Shown piece by piece: positions 29,985 to 38,719 of a DNA stretch of 64,000 nucleotides. Source of the stretch: an uncultured Flavobacteriaceae bacterium (GTDB taxonomy: Bacteria > Bacteroidota > Bacteroidia > Flavobacteriales > Flavobacteriaceae); assembly GCA_964636665.1 (NCBI GenBank), contig CAZWVT010000001.1:72542-136541 (forward strand), written 5' to 3'. Position numbers and translations under genes: made by a program. How positions within the stretch are numbered: position 1 is the first letter of the stretch; every line of letters begins with the position of its first letter. The notes below the pieces were generated by a model. It made no database searches and was not told the origin of the DNA. It worked only from the letters and a program-made list of their open reading frames with translations.

Positions 29985-30848
29985 ATGAACTTATATGCTG
30001 TTGAAGCCGGAAATTTTAAACTCGATGGTGGAGCCATGTTTGGAATTGTACCCAAAACCCTTTGGTCACGAACCAATCCGGCAGATGAAAACAATATGAT
30101 AAAACTCGCAACCCGTTGTTTATTAATCGAAAACGGAAACAGATTGACGTTGATTGATACCGGAATGGGAAATAAACAAAATGAAAAATTTTTTGGTTAT
30201 TACTATTTATGGGGCGATTATTCCTTGGAAAAATCTTTGAAATCTACAGGATTTCATCCCGATGACATTACAGATGTTTTTATGACGCATCTGCATTTTG
30301 ACCATTGTGGCGGAAGTATTCAATGGAATAAAAACAAAACCGGTTATGAGCCGGCTTTTAAAAATGCAACCTATTGGAGCAATAAAGACCACTGGAAATG
30401 GGCAACCCAACCAAATAGAAGAGAACGTGCCTCATTTTTAACTGAAAACATTCTGCCTATTGAAGAAAGCGGTCAATTAAAATTTATAGAACAACCCAAA
30501 GGAGATTTTTCAACAGCTTCGGAGATGGATTTCGGAATTCTCTATGTTGACGGCCATACCGATAAACAAATGATTCCTCATATTCAATACAAAGGCAAAA
30601 CTTTGGTGTATGTTGCAGATTTATTGCCCACTGTCGGCCATTTGCCTTTACCATACGTAATGGGTTACGACACGCGTCCATTGTTGACACTCTCAGAAAA
30701 AGAAAAATTTTTAAACAAAGCGGCGACAGAAGGATTTTATCTTTTTTTGGAACACGATGTATATAATCCGATAATAACCGTTAAACATACCGACAAAGGC
30801 GTTCGCTTGAATGAACGATTTACTATAAATGACTTTTTTAATTCCTAA
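29985..30848 (+). CDS. MBL-fold metallo-hydrolase
   Basis: HxHxDH motif (THLHFDHCGG) with additional downstream His and Asp ligands; 287 aa. Confidence 0.8.
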   Translation: MNLYAVEAGNFKLDGGAMFGIVPKTLWSRTNPADENNMIKLATRCLLIENGNRLTLIDTGMGNKQNEKFFGYYYLWGDYSLEKSLKSTGFHPDDITDVFMTHLHFDHCGGSIQWNKNKTGYEPAFKNATYWSNKDHWKWATQPNRRERASFLTENILPIEESGQLKFIEQPKGDFSTASEMDFGILYVDGHTDKQMIPHIQYKGKTLVYVADLLPTVGHLPLPYVMGYDTRPLLTLSEKEKFLNKAATEGFYLFLEHDVYNPIITVKHTDKGVRLNERFTINDFFNS

Positions 30849-30859
30849 TCTTTTATAAA

Positions 30860-32527
30860 ATGAAAAAAATAAAAATCTCTTTATTTTCTTTAGCATTTGC
30901 CTCAATTCTGGCAAGTTGTGGAAGTGCTGCAATTGTAGCTACACCGATTACCGATGTATCTCATATTCCCACCAAAAATGTACCGCTCACCGATGATCAA
31001 ATGAAGGTTTGGTCAATGATGGATTTGACTCGCGACACTGTTCCGGGAATGAGCGTTGATCGTGCTTATGAAGAAATTGTAAAAAACCGTAAAGGAAAAA
31101 CCGTAATCGTTGGTGTTATCGACAGCGGATTGGATATTGACCACGAAGATTTAAAAAATGTACTTTGGGTAAATAAAGGAGAGGTTGCCGGAAATAATAT
31201 TGATGATGACAACAACGGCTATGTAGATGACATCCACGGATGGAATTTTCTCGGAGATATTTTAGGTGATCAAATGGAATCTACGCGATTGGTAAGAAGA
31301 TTCAGAGATAAGTTTGAAGATAAAGATGTCTCTCAAATTGCTCCTGAAGACATGGAAGATTTCGAATTATATCAAAGTGCAAGAAAAGATTTTGATGAAA
31401 AAGTAGCTGAAACCGCAAACAATAAAACGCGCTATTCTTTTATGGTTGCCCAAATTGAACCTGCACATCAAGCAATGACTCAAAAATTTGGAAAAGAAGA
31501 TTATACTGTTGAAGATTTAAACAGCATTCAAAATCCGACTCAAGAAGAAACCCAACAAATCGCTATGCTTTCGCAAATGTTGAGTTTTGGTGATTCTATT
31601 GATTCTGTTCTTGAAGAATTACAAAACGGAATTGAATATTTTGACAACAGATTGAAATACCACTTTAATTTAGAAGAAGATTTCAGAGAAGTTTTAAATG
31701 ATAATCCTTTTGATATCAATGATAAATATTATGGAGACAACAACGTAGTAAGCATTGACCCGACAAAAGAAAATGCACTTCACGGAACCCACGTAGCAGG
31801 GATTATCGCTGCAGAAAGAAATAATGGCATCGGAACAGATGGAGTTGCAAACAACGTTCGGATTATGGCAGTGAGAGCTGTTCCCGATGGTGACGAGCAC
31901 GATAAAGACATCGCTTTGGCAATCCGTTATGCGGTTGATAATGGCGCAACAATTTTAAATACGAGTTTTGGAAAATATTTTTCTCCAAATTCAGAATGGG
32001 TTTATGAAGCGATCCAATATGCTGCTTCCAAAGATGTATTAATCGTCAATGCAGCCGGAAATGATGCCTTTGATTTAGATACCATCAACGTATATCCGAA
32101 TGATCAATGGGATAACGGTTCCGAAATTGCAGATTCATTTATTACGGTAGGCGCTTTGAACTATGAGTACGGTGAAAATATGCTCGCCAGATTTACCAAT
32201 TACGGAAAAATAAATGTCGATGTTTTTGCACCCGGTGTACAAATTTATGCTCCGATTCCAAACGATGAATATCAAAAACTGAACGGAACTTCTATGGCAG
32301 CGCCGAATGTTGCCGGAGTAGCTGCTATGATTCGCTCACTGTATCCAAAATTAACGGCTCCACAGGTTAAGAAAATTATCCTTGAAAGTGGAATTTCTCC
32401 CAATATCGAAGTTATTTTAGGCGGAAATCCTGAAAATCGAGACAATTTCCGAAACGTATCTAAATCAGGAAAAATTGTGAATATGTACAATGCATTAATT
32501 ATGGCAGATAAAATATCGAGGAAATGA
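30860..32527 (+). CDS. S8-family (subtilisin-like) serine peptidase, lipoprotein
   Basis: Lipobox LASC and catalytic triad motifs VIDSGLD, HGTHVAG and GTSMAAP. The stop overlaps the next gene (ATGA). Confidence 0.85.
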   Translation: MKKIKISLFSLAFASILASCGSAAIVATPITDVSHIPTKNVPLTDDQMKVWSMMDLTRDTVPGMSVDRAYEEIVKNRKGKTVIVGVIDSGLDIDHEDLKNVLWVNKGEVAGNNIDDDNNGYVDDIHGWNFLGDILGDQMESTRLVRRFRDKFEDKDVSQIAPEDMEDFELYQSARKDFDEKVAETANNKTRYSFMVAQIEPAHQAMTQKFGKEDYTVEDLNSIQNPTQEETQQIAMLSQMLSFGDSIDSVLEELQNGIEYFDNRLKYHFNLEEDFREVLNDNPFDINDKYYGDNNVVSIDPTKENALHGTHVAGIIAAERNNGIGTDGVANNVRIMAVRAVPDGDEHDKDIALAIRYAVDNGATILNTSFGKYFSPNSEWVYEAIQYAASKDVLIVNAAGNDAFDLDTINVYPNDQWDNGSEIADSFITVGALNYEYGENMLARFTNYGKINVDVFAPGVQIYAPIPNDEYQKLNGTSMAAPNVAGVAAMIRSLYPKLTAPQVKKIILESGISPNIEVILGGNPENRDNFRNVSKSGKIVNMYNALIMADKISRK

Positions 32528-34377
32528 TTTCTTTCTTAAATAATATTTTTACAAAGACGGTTATTGGCACTTTTGCCCTAACCGTCTCTGTTGTTTCAGC
32601 TCAAAACACAAATTATTGGCAGCAACAAGCAGATTACGTGATGGAAATTGATATGGATGTAAAAAAACATCAGTATCAAGGAAAACAAGAATTAAAATAC
32701 ACAAACAATTCACCCGATACACTCGATTATGTTTTCTATCATCTTTATTTTAATGCTTTCCAACCGGGAAGTGAAATGGATATCCGCTCACGAACTATTG
32801 AAGACCCCGACAGAAGAGTTGGTGACAGAATTTCCAAGCTTAAACCAAACGAAATAGGTTACATCCGTCCTCAAAAATTCACTCAGAACGGCAAATCGTT
32901 AAATTATACCATAAAAGGAACTGTACTCAAAGCCGATTTAAATCAACCTATTGCCCCGGGAGAAACTACTGTTTTTAATATGGAGTGGGATGCACAAGTT
33001 CCAATTCAAATAAGACGTTCCGGACGAGATAATGAGGAAGGCGTTGCTTACACGATGACCCAATGGTTTCCAAAAATTGCCGAATATGATTTTGAAGGAT
33101 GGCATGCCGATCCATATATCGCAAGAGAATTTTACAGTGTTTGGGGAAATTATGATGTAAAAATCACCATTGATGCCACATATACCATTGGCGGAACTGG
33201 TTATCTCCAAAATCCTGCAGAAGTAGGACACGGATATACCGCACCCGGACAAAAATGGATGAAACCGAAAAAAGGAAAATACACTTGGCATTTTCTCGCA
33301 CCTGATGTTCATGATTTTGCATGGGCTGCCGATTCTGATTACATCCATGATATTTATGAAGGTCCTAATGGGGTTACACTTCATTTTTTTTATAAAGACG
33401 ATCCGGAAATTCGGGATAATTGGAAAGCACTTCAACCAAAAACTGCTGCTCTGATGGAATTTTTCAATGAACTTGTTGGTCCTTATCCTTACGAGCAATA
33501 TTCTGTGATTCAAGGCGGTGACGGCGGAATGGAATATGCTATGTGTACGATGATTACAGGCAAAAGATCGTTGGAAAGTTTGGTAGGTGTTACGGCTCAC
33601 GAACTCGCTCACAAATGGTTTCAGTTTATTTTGGCAAGCAACGAAAGTCGCCATCCTTGGATGGATGAAGGATTTACTGTTTTCATCGCCGATGAAGCAA
33701 TGAATGTCGTTATGGAAGAAGGCAAAGACAATCCGCATTCAGGTTCGTACAGAAATTATTATTTTATGGCATCCAGCGAAAATGAAGAACCGTTGAGTAC
33801 GCATGCCGACCGATATGATAACAATCGCTCTTACGGAATAAATTCATATTCAAAAGGTTCTGTATTTATAAACCAATTGGGATATGTAATTGGAGTTGAA
33901 AATTTAGGGAAAACATTTCGAAAATTTTATGAAGATTTCAAATTCAAACACCCCACTCCTACTGATTTTATCAGAACTGCAGAAAAAGTTTCAGGCATGC
34001 AATTAGATTGGTATTTGATTGATTTCACTCAAACTACAAACACTATCGATTACGGAATTAAATCAGTTGAAATCGAAAATGACCAGACAATTGTTACTTT
34101 GGAACGCATCGGATTGATTCCGATGCCGTTGGATATTTTTATTACTTATGATGACGGAAGCATGGAGTTGTTATACATTCCCTTGCGACAAATGTGGGGA
34201 GAAAAACCAAACCACTTTAATAATTTAAATAGAACCACATTAGAAGATTGGGCTTGGGCATATCCAACTTATAAATTTGAGTTGGAAAAAGGGAAAAAAC
34301 CGCAAACCATCGTGATAGATATTACCCAACGAATGGCAGATATAAATTGGGAAAACAACATCTGGCAAAAGGAATAA
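32524..34377 (+). CDS. M1-family (gluzincin) metallopeptidase
   Basis: Signal peptide, HELAHKWF zinc motif and downstream WMDEGF glutamate; 617 aa. Confidence 0.85.
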   Translation: MISFLNNIFTKTVIGTFALTVSVVSAQNTNYWQQQADYVMEIDMDVKKHQYQGKQELKYTNNSPDTLDYVFYHLYFNAFQPGSEMDIRSRTIEDPDRRVGDRISKLKPNEIGYIRPQKFTQNGKSLNYTIKGTVLKADLNQPIAPGETTVFNMEWDAQVPIQIRRSGRDNEEGVAYTMTQWFPKIAEYDFEGWHADPYIAREFYSVWGNYDVKITIDATYTIGGTGYLQNPAEVGHGYTAPGQKWMKPKKGKYTWHFLAPDVHDFAWAADSDYIHDIYEGPNGVTLHFFYKDDPEIRDNWKALQPKTAALMEFFNELVGPYPYEQYSVIQGGDGGMEYAMCTMITGKRSLESLVGVTAHELAHKWFQFILASNESRHPWMDEGFTVFIADEAMNVVMEEGKDNPHSGSYRNYYFMASSENEEPLSTHADRYDNNRSYGINSYSKGSVFINQLGYVIGVENLGKTFRKFYEDFKFKHPTPTDFIRTAEKVSGMQLDWYLIDFTQTTNTIDYGIKSVEIENDQTIVTLERIGLIPMPLDIFITYDDGSMELLYIPLRQMWGEKPNHFNNLNRTTLEDWAWAYPTYKFELEKGKKPQTIVIDITQRMADINWENNIWQKE

Positions 34378-34398
34378 TCATTTTTTTAGCTTTAATTT

Positions 34399-34435
34399 GA
34401 AACCTCATCTATTTTTTAGGTGAGGTTTCTTTTTT
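34399..34435 (+). terminator. Rho-independent terminator after the M1 peptidase gene
   Basis: Perfect 9-bp stem gaaacctca / tgaggtttc followed by TTTTTT. Confidence 0.75.
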
Positions 34436-34449
34436 AATATCTTTACCTT

Positions 34450-34818
34450 GTGAATCAGAAGTTTCCTAAAGCCGAAAAATTAAAAAGTTCAAAAACAATT
34501 GAGTATTTGTTTCTGAATGGTAAAAAACATATAAATTATCCTTTAAAAGTTATTTATAAAGAAAATACTGAATCCGTTAATCACAAAATTGCCTTCAGTG
34601 TACCGAAAAGAAATTTTAAAAAAGCAGTAGAAAGAAACAGAATTAAAAGACTACTTCGGGAAGTCTATCGTTTAAACAAACACAGACTTATACGTAAAGA
34701 AGAAAATCTACTAATTTTATTTATTTATTTAGGCAAGCAAATACCGGATTATCATCTATTAGAAAAAAAAATGATTTCGCTTTTGTCTTATTTAAGTGAA
34801 AAAAATATAAAAAATTAA
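34450..34818 (+). CDS. rnpA: Ribonuclease P protein component
   Basis: Basic 122-aa protein with an RNR-type motif (AVERNRIKRLLRE). GTG start. Confidence 0.8.
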   Translation: MNQKFPKAEKLKSSKTIEYLFLNGKKHINYPLKVIYKENTESVNHKIAFSVPKRNFKKAVERNRIKRLLREVYRLNKHRLIRKEENLLILFIYLGKQIPDYHLLEKKMISLLSYLSEKNIKN

Positions 34819-34823
34819 ACCTT

Positions 34824-36452
34824 ATGAAAATTAAAAAGCGCCTTGGAATAGCTGTTCTTTTAATTGGAATGTTGTTCACTACCGTGAGTTTTAAAAGTGA
34901 TTTTTTTGAAATTGCAAAGCAAATCGAAATTTTCACAACGCTCTATAAAGAACTCAACATGAATTATGTCGATGAAATATCTCCTGCAACGCTTATGAAC
35001 AAAGCGATAACAGGAATGTTGGAAGATTTGGATCCTTATACGGTTTATTGGAATGAACAACAAGTGGAAGACGCCAAAATCTCCAGATCGGGAACTTACA
35101 CCGGAATTGGAGCAAATGTAAAACACGAGAAAGATAAAATAATCATTGTGGAACCTTATAAAAATTATCCCGCAGACAAAGCCGGTTTAAAAGCAGGCGA
35201 TGAAATCATTAAAATTGGAGACATCAACGTTTCTGCTTTTGAAGACGATGCCGGAGAACTATTAAAAGGAGCTCCGGGAACTTCGGTTGAAGTTACTTAC
35301 AAACGGCAAAACAAAACACAATCAACAACCATTACTCGTGGAGCAGTTGAATTAAAAGCCGTTCCTTTTTACACCATGGCCGATGCTAACACAGGGTACA
35401 TTGTACTCTCTCAATTTAGTGCACGCGCAACGACTGAAACTCGCGAAGCATTAATAAATCTGAAAAATGAAGGTGCGAATAAAATAATCCTCGATTTAAG
35501 AGGAAATCCGGGAGGTTTGCTTTCGGAAGCTATAAATATTGTGAATCTTTTTGTTCCCCGAGGTGAAGTCATCACCAGTACCCAATCCCATATAAAAAAA
35601 TACAACAAAGTTTACAGAACCATGAACGAACCTGTGGATAAAGATATTCCGCTTGTGGTTCTCATCAACGGTCGAAGCGCTTCAGCCAGTGAAATCGTTG
35701 CCGGCGCTGTTCAAGATTTAGACAGAGGCGTGATTATCGGTGCAAGAAGTTTTGGAAAAGGATTGGTTCAACGTCCTCAAAATTTAAATTACGGAACGCA
35801 GTTAAAAGTGACAATCTCCAGATATTACACACCAAGCGGAAGATGCATTCAATCCGTAAATTATGGTGAAGTTGATGAAAACGGCGATCCGATTCGGTTG
35901 AATCCAACACATTACAACGAATTTAAAACACGAAAAGGAAGAACAGTTTATGACGGCGGCGGAATTTTACCGGATATAGAACTGAAATCGGCAATACAAT
36001 CTCCTATTACTTTGACTTTAATCAGAGATAATATCATCTTTGATTATGCTACGAATTATTATTATAAAAACAACCTGAAGAATTGGGATAATTTCGAATT
36101 AAAAGAATCTGATTTTAATGAATTTATAAAATTCATAGACCAAAAAGATTTCAGCTATCAGACTTCAGCAGAACAAAAATTTTCGGAAGGGTATAAAATA
36201 GCAAACGAAGAATTGGAAGAACAAGATATATCTCAAGCATATCAACAATTGATAAAAGCTATTGAAGAAGCAAAATCAAATCAAATTAAAAATAGAAAAG
36301 AAGAAATCAAATCAATTTTAACCGATGAAATTTTAAAAAGATATTTTTATCGAGAAGGTTTGTATCAATATCAACTTAAGCACAATCCGGAAATTACAGA
36401 AGCACTCCATGTTTTGAACAACAAAAACCGTTACCAATCTATTCTGAATTAA
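34824..36452 (+). CDS. S41-family C-terminal processing peptidase
   Basis: PDZ segment (AGLKAGDEIIKIGD), S41 motifs LDLRGNPGG and GRSASASE, and FGKG; 542 aa. Confidence 0.85.
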   Translation: MKIKKRLGIAVLLIGMLFTTVSFKSDFFEIAKQIEIFTTLYKELNMNYVDEISPATLMNKAITGMLEDLDPYTVYWNEQQVEDAKISRSGTYTGIGANVKHEKDKIIIVEPYKNYPADKAGLKAGDEIIKIGDINVSAFEDDAGELLKGAPGTSVEVTYKRQNKTQSTTITRGAVELKAVPFYTMADANTGYIVLSQFSARATTETREALINLKNEGANKIILDLRGNPGGLLSEAINIVNLFVPRGEVITSTQSHIKKYNKVYRTMNEPVDKDIPLVVLINGRSASASEIVAGAVQDLDRGVIIGARSFGKGLVQRPQNLNYGTQLKVTISRYYTPSGRCIQSVNYGEVDENGDPIRLNPTHYNEFKTRKGRTVYDGGGILPDIELKSAIQSPITLTLIRDNIIFDYATNYYYKNNLKNWDNFELKESDFNEFIKFIDQKDFSYQTSAEQKFSEGYKIANEELEEQDISQAYQQLIKAIEEAKSNQIKNRKEEIKSILTDEILKRYFYREGLYQYQLKHNPEITEALHVLNNKNRYQSILN

Positions 36453-36552
36453 AGAATAAAACTCTTTAAAAGAGCATTCTTAACATCGGTGATTTCTATT
36501 TTATAAAACCATTAACGCATTAAATAGTTGAAGATTATTAATTTGCGCTGTT

Positions 36553-36924
36553 ATGACAAATGCAGTAAGAGAACAAAACACAGACATTTTAAAAGATACA
36601 ATTGCCTATCTTGAATCAAGGGGATATGAAGAAATAAAATCTCCCATTGAAGGCTATGAATCTCCAAAATCCTATCTAAAAGCGGGTGAAGATATTTCTG
36701 TTACTCCCGATATTGTAGCAGTCAGAAATGGAATTAAACACTACTTTGAAATCGGTTTAAAAACTGATGAACCCTCTTTATTAAAATCAAAATGGCAGTT
36801 TTTGAAAACTTTGTCTCAAATGAAAAATCAACGGTTTAAAGTGATTACGCACCGCGGACATTATAGTTTTACCGACGAATTACTCCAAGAATTGAATTTA
36901 TCAAATAACTTAATTCGGATTTAA
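36553..36924 (+). CDS. Hypothetical protein (123 aa)
   Basis: No family recognised. The TPDIVAV...YFEIGLK segment is loosely PD-(D/E)xK-like. The stop codon overlaps the convergent GNAT stop within TTAA. Confidence 0.5.
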   Translation: MTNAVREQNTDILKDTIAYLESRGYEEIKSPIEGYESPKSYLKAGEDISVTPDIVAVRNGIKHYFEIGLKTDEPSLLKSKWQFLKTLSQMKNQRFKVITHRGHYSFTDELLQELNLSNNLIRI

Positions 36925-37364
36925 CCCTCCCGAACCATTGAAATGTGTGGAATATTTTCTTCTAAATAACGATTTCCTACAGTTTTAAAATCGTGAATTT
37001 CATAAAAAGTAACCAGATAAAGCTGTGCTGAAATTTGAATTTCCTTAGTATTAAAATGAGTTTCAATAGCTTTAATTGCCGCATCGACGATTTGATGACC
37101 GTATCCTAATTTTCTGTAGTTTTCACGAACCAAAACCCGTCCAATTGCAGCTTTTTTAAAATAAATTCCAGCCGGAAAACAACGTGCATAAGCAACAATC
37201 ATATTGTCTTCCATCCCAATAATGTGAAGTGCTTTGTCATCTTTTCCATCCAAATCTTGATACACACAATGTTGTTCCATTACAAAAACTTCGGTGCGTA
37301 TGCTTAAAATATCGTACAATTCATTTTTGCTTAGTTCTTGATAAGTTTTTACGAAAATTTTCAT
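36921..37364 (-). CDS. GNAT-family N-acetyltransferase (ElaA-like)
   Basis: Acetyl-CoA binding motif RKLGYGHQIV; 147 aa. Confidence 0.8.
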   Translation of the reverse strand: MKIFVKTYQELSKNELYDILSIRTEVFVMEQHCVYQDLDGKDDKALHIIGMEDNMIVAYARCFPAGIYFKKAAIGRVLVRENYRKLGYGHQIVDAAIKAIETHFNTKEIQISAQLYLVTFYEIHDFKTVGNRYLEENIPHISMVREG

Positions 37365-37399
37365 AACCCTAATGAATTGTATATCTGATTGAATAAATT

Positions 37400-37837
37400 T
37401 TATTTAACCGCGCAAGAAATCTTATTGATACGGTTAATATGTCGGCCACCATCAAATTCAGTTTCCAGAAAAGTTTTTACCATTTCCACAGCTTGTTCCA
37501 TACTCGTATAGCGTGACGGAATACTGATAACATTGGCATCGTTATGTTGACGAGCTAAAACTGCAATTTCTTTCATCCAGCACAATGCCGAACGAACTTT
37601 TTGATGTTTGTTTGCAGTCATATTTGCACCGTTTCCACTTCCACAAATTATAATTCCAAAAGTAGCTTCTCCTTCTGATACATCTTTTGCTACCGGATGC
37701 ACAAAATCAGGATAATCTACACTGTTTTCAGAATCCGTTCCGTGATTTACAATATCGTAACCGGATTCTTTAAGAAAAGTTACAATTCTGTTTTTATATG
37801 CTGTTCCGGCATGGTCGTTTCCGATAGAAATTTTCAT
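37400..37837 (-). CDS. rpiB: Ribose-5-phosphate isomerase B
   Basis: RpiB/LacAB motifs MKISIGNDHAG and CGSGNG; 145 aa. Confidence 0.9.
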   Translation of the reverse strand: MKISIGNDHAGTAYKNRIVTFLKESGYDIVNHGTDSENSVDYPDFVHPVAKDVSEGEATFGIIICGSGNGANMTANKHQKVRSALCWMKEIAVLARQHNDANVISIPSRYTSMEQAVEMVKTFLETEFDGGRHINRINKISCAVK

Positions 37838-38230
37838 GATATTTAATTTTTAAAAACAAAGATAACAAGCAGCTCCATATAGCTATTTATTTTTGAGAGG
37901 ATTTTATGAAATAAGCTTAACAGATTGATACTCCTCTAATTAATAAAATCGTAACATTTATGTAAGTTATCTGTTAATATCTGTTAACAAAAAAGAATAA
38001 GTAAATTTTGTTTTGACGCTTATTTTTCTAATTGATATTATTTCAATCAAAACAAAAATATAAGTAAGCTATTTTTAGATGAAATATCTTCTTAAAAATC
38101 GTATTCATCAACAAGAAAATAATTGCAATTTATCAAATAAAGGTATTTTAAAAGTTATTAAGAGCTGTGAATAGAACATTGGATTATTTTGTATTGAAAT
38201 GATTTTAAATCGATTAATCAAAACAACAAG

Positions 38231-38239
38231 TGTTGATAA
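38231..38239 (-). promoter_or_regulatory. DnaA-box-like 9-mer (TGTTGATAA, 1 mismatch to TGTGGATAA)
   Basis: Read directly. One of three box-like sites within about 150 bp of an AT-rich non-coding region. Confidence 0.3.
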
Positions 38240-38288
38240 GTTGCAGTAAAATGTAGGTATCCAATTATGCAATAATTTTCCAGAATAG

Positions 38289-38297
38289 TTATCCCCA
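38289..38297 (+). promoter_or_regulatory. DnaA-box-like 9-mer (TTATCCCCA, 1 mismatch to TTATCCACA)
   Basis: Read directly. Confidence 0.3.
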
Positions 38298-38368
38298 TTA
38301 TTAACAGCCCATAATCATCATCATTAAAATTTTTAAATTAAATAAAAAACAAATAAATATTATATAGT

Positions 38369-38377
38369 TGTGGATAA
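38369..38377 (-). promoter_or_regulatory. Perfect consensus DnaA box (TGTGGATAA = TTATCCACA on the other strand)
   Basis: Read directly. It abuts an almost pure A/T stretch of about 45 bp (38322-38366). Confidence 0.4.
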
Positions 38378-38385
38378 CTGATTTT

Positions 38386-38625
38386 TCAGACTTTTTTCAA
38401 ATGCGCCGAATCGTTAAAATCAGATATTATTTGCTGAGCGCGTTCAACATCTTCTTCGTGAACTTTAAGATGAATTCCACCGCCCGATAAGGGATAAAAT
38501 GGAAGTACGCTTAAAAAAGTTTCATTCTGAAAGAAATGACGTATATTTTCTTGCTCTAACAGTAATTTTAAAACGGCATACTCTGCGGCAAATTGAAAAA
38601 TAGCAAGGGTATGAAAATTTGTCAT
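38386..38625 (-). CDS. Small DUF2007-like protein (79 aa)
   Basis: Short alpha/beta protein with a GGG-containing loop (LSGGGIHLKVHEEDVERA), as in the putative signal-transducing DUF2007 family. Assigned by recall only. Confidence 0.5.
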   Translation of the reverse strand: MTNFHTLAIFQFAAEYAVLKLLLEQENIRHFFQNETFLSVLPFYPLSGGGIHLKVHEEDVERAQQIISDFNDSAHLKKV

Positions 38626-38719
38626 ATAAAATAAGTTTTATTGAGAACCGCAAAATGAAATAAAATAAAAATATGAATTCATTTCTACATATATAGTATT
38701 TTTACATAAATATAAATGC

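Noticed and set aside
32938-33738. A 266-aa ORF antisense to the M1 peptidase gene, unusually long for AT-rich DNA.
   Set aside because: It is codon-aligned with the sense frame, so stops arise only from sense TTA, CTA or TCA codons. This stretch of the peptidase is poor in Leu and Ser and happens to use none of those codons. The translated product is low-complexity (F/I/R/N/C-rich) with no recognisable motif. I treat it as a shadow ORF.
38079-38174. A 31-aa ORF (MKYLLKNRIHQQENNCNLSNKGILKVIKSCE) inside the 548-bp AT-rich region.
   Set aside because: It has no promoter box or ribosome-binding context that I can support. Its composition is what random AT-rich DNA yields, and it is too short to evaluate without conservation data.
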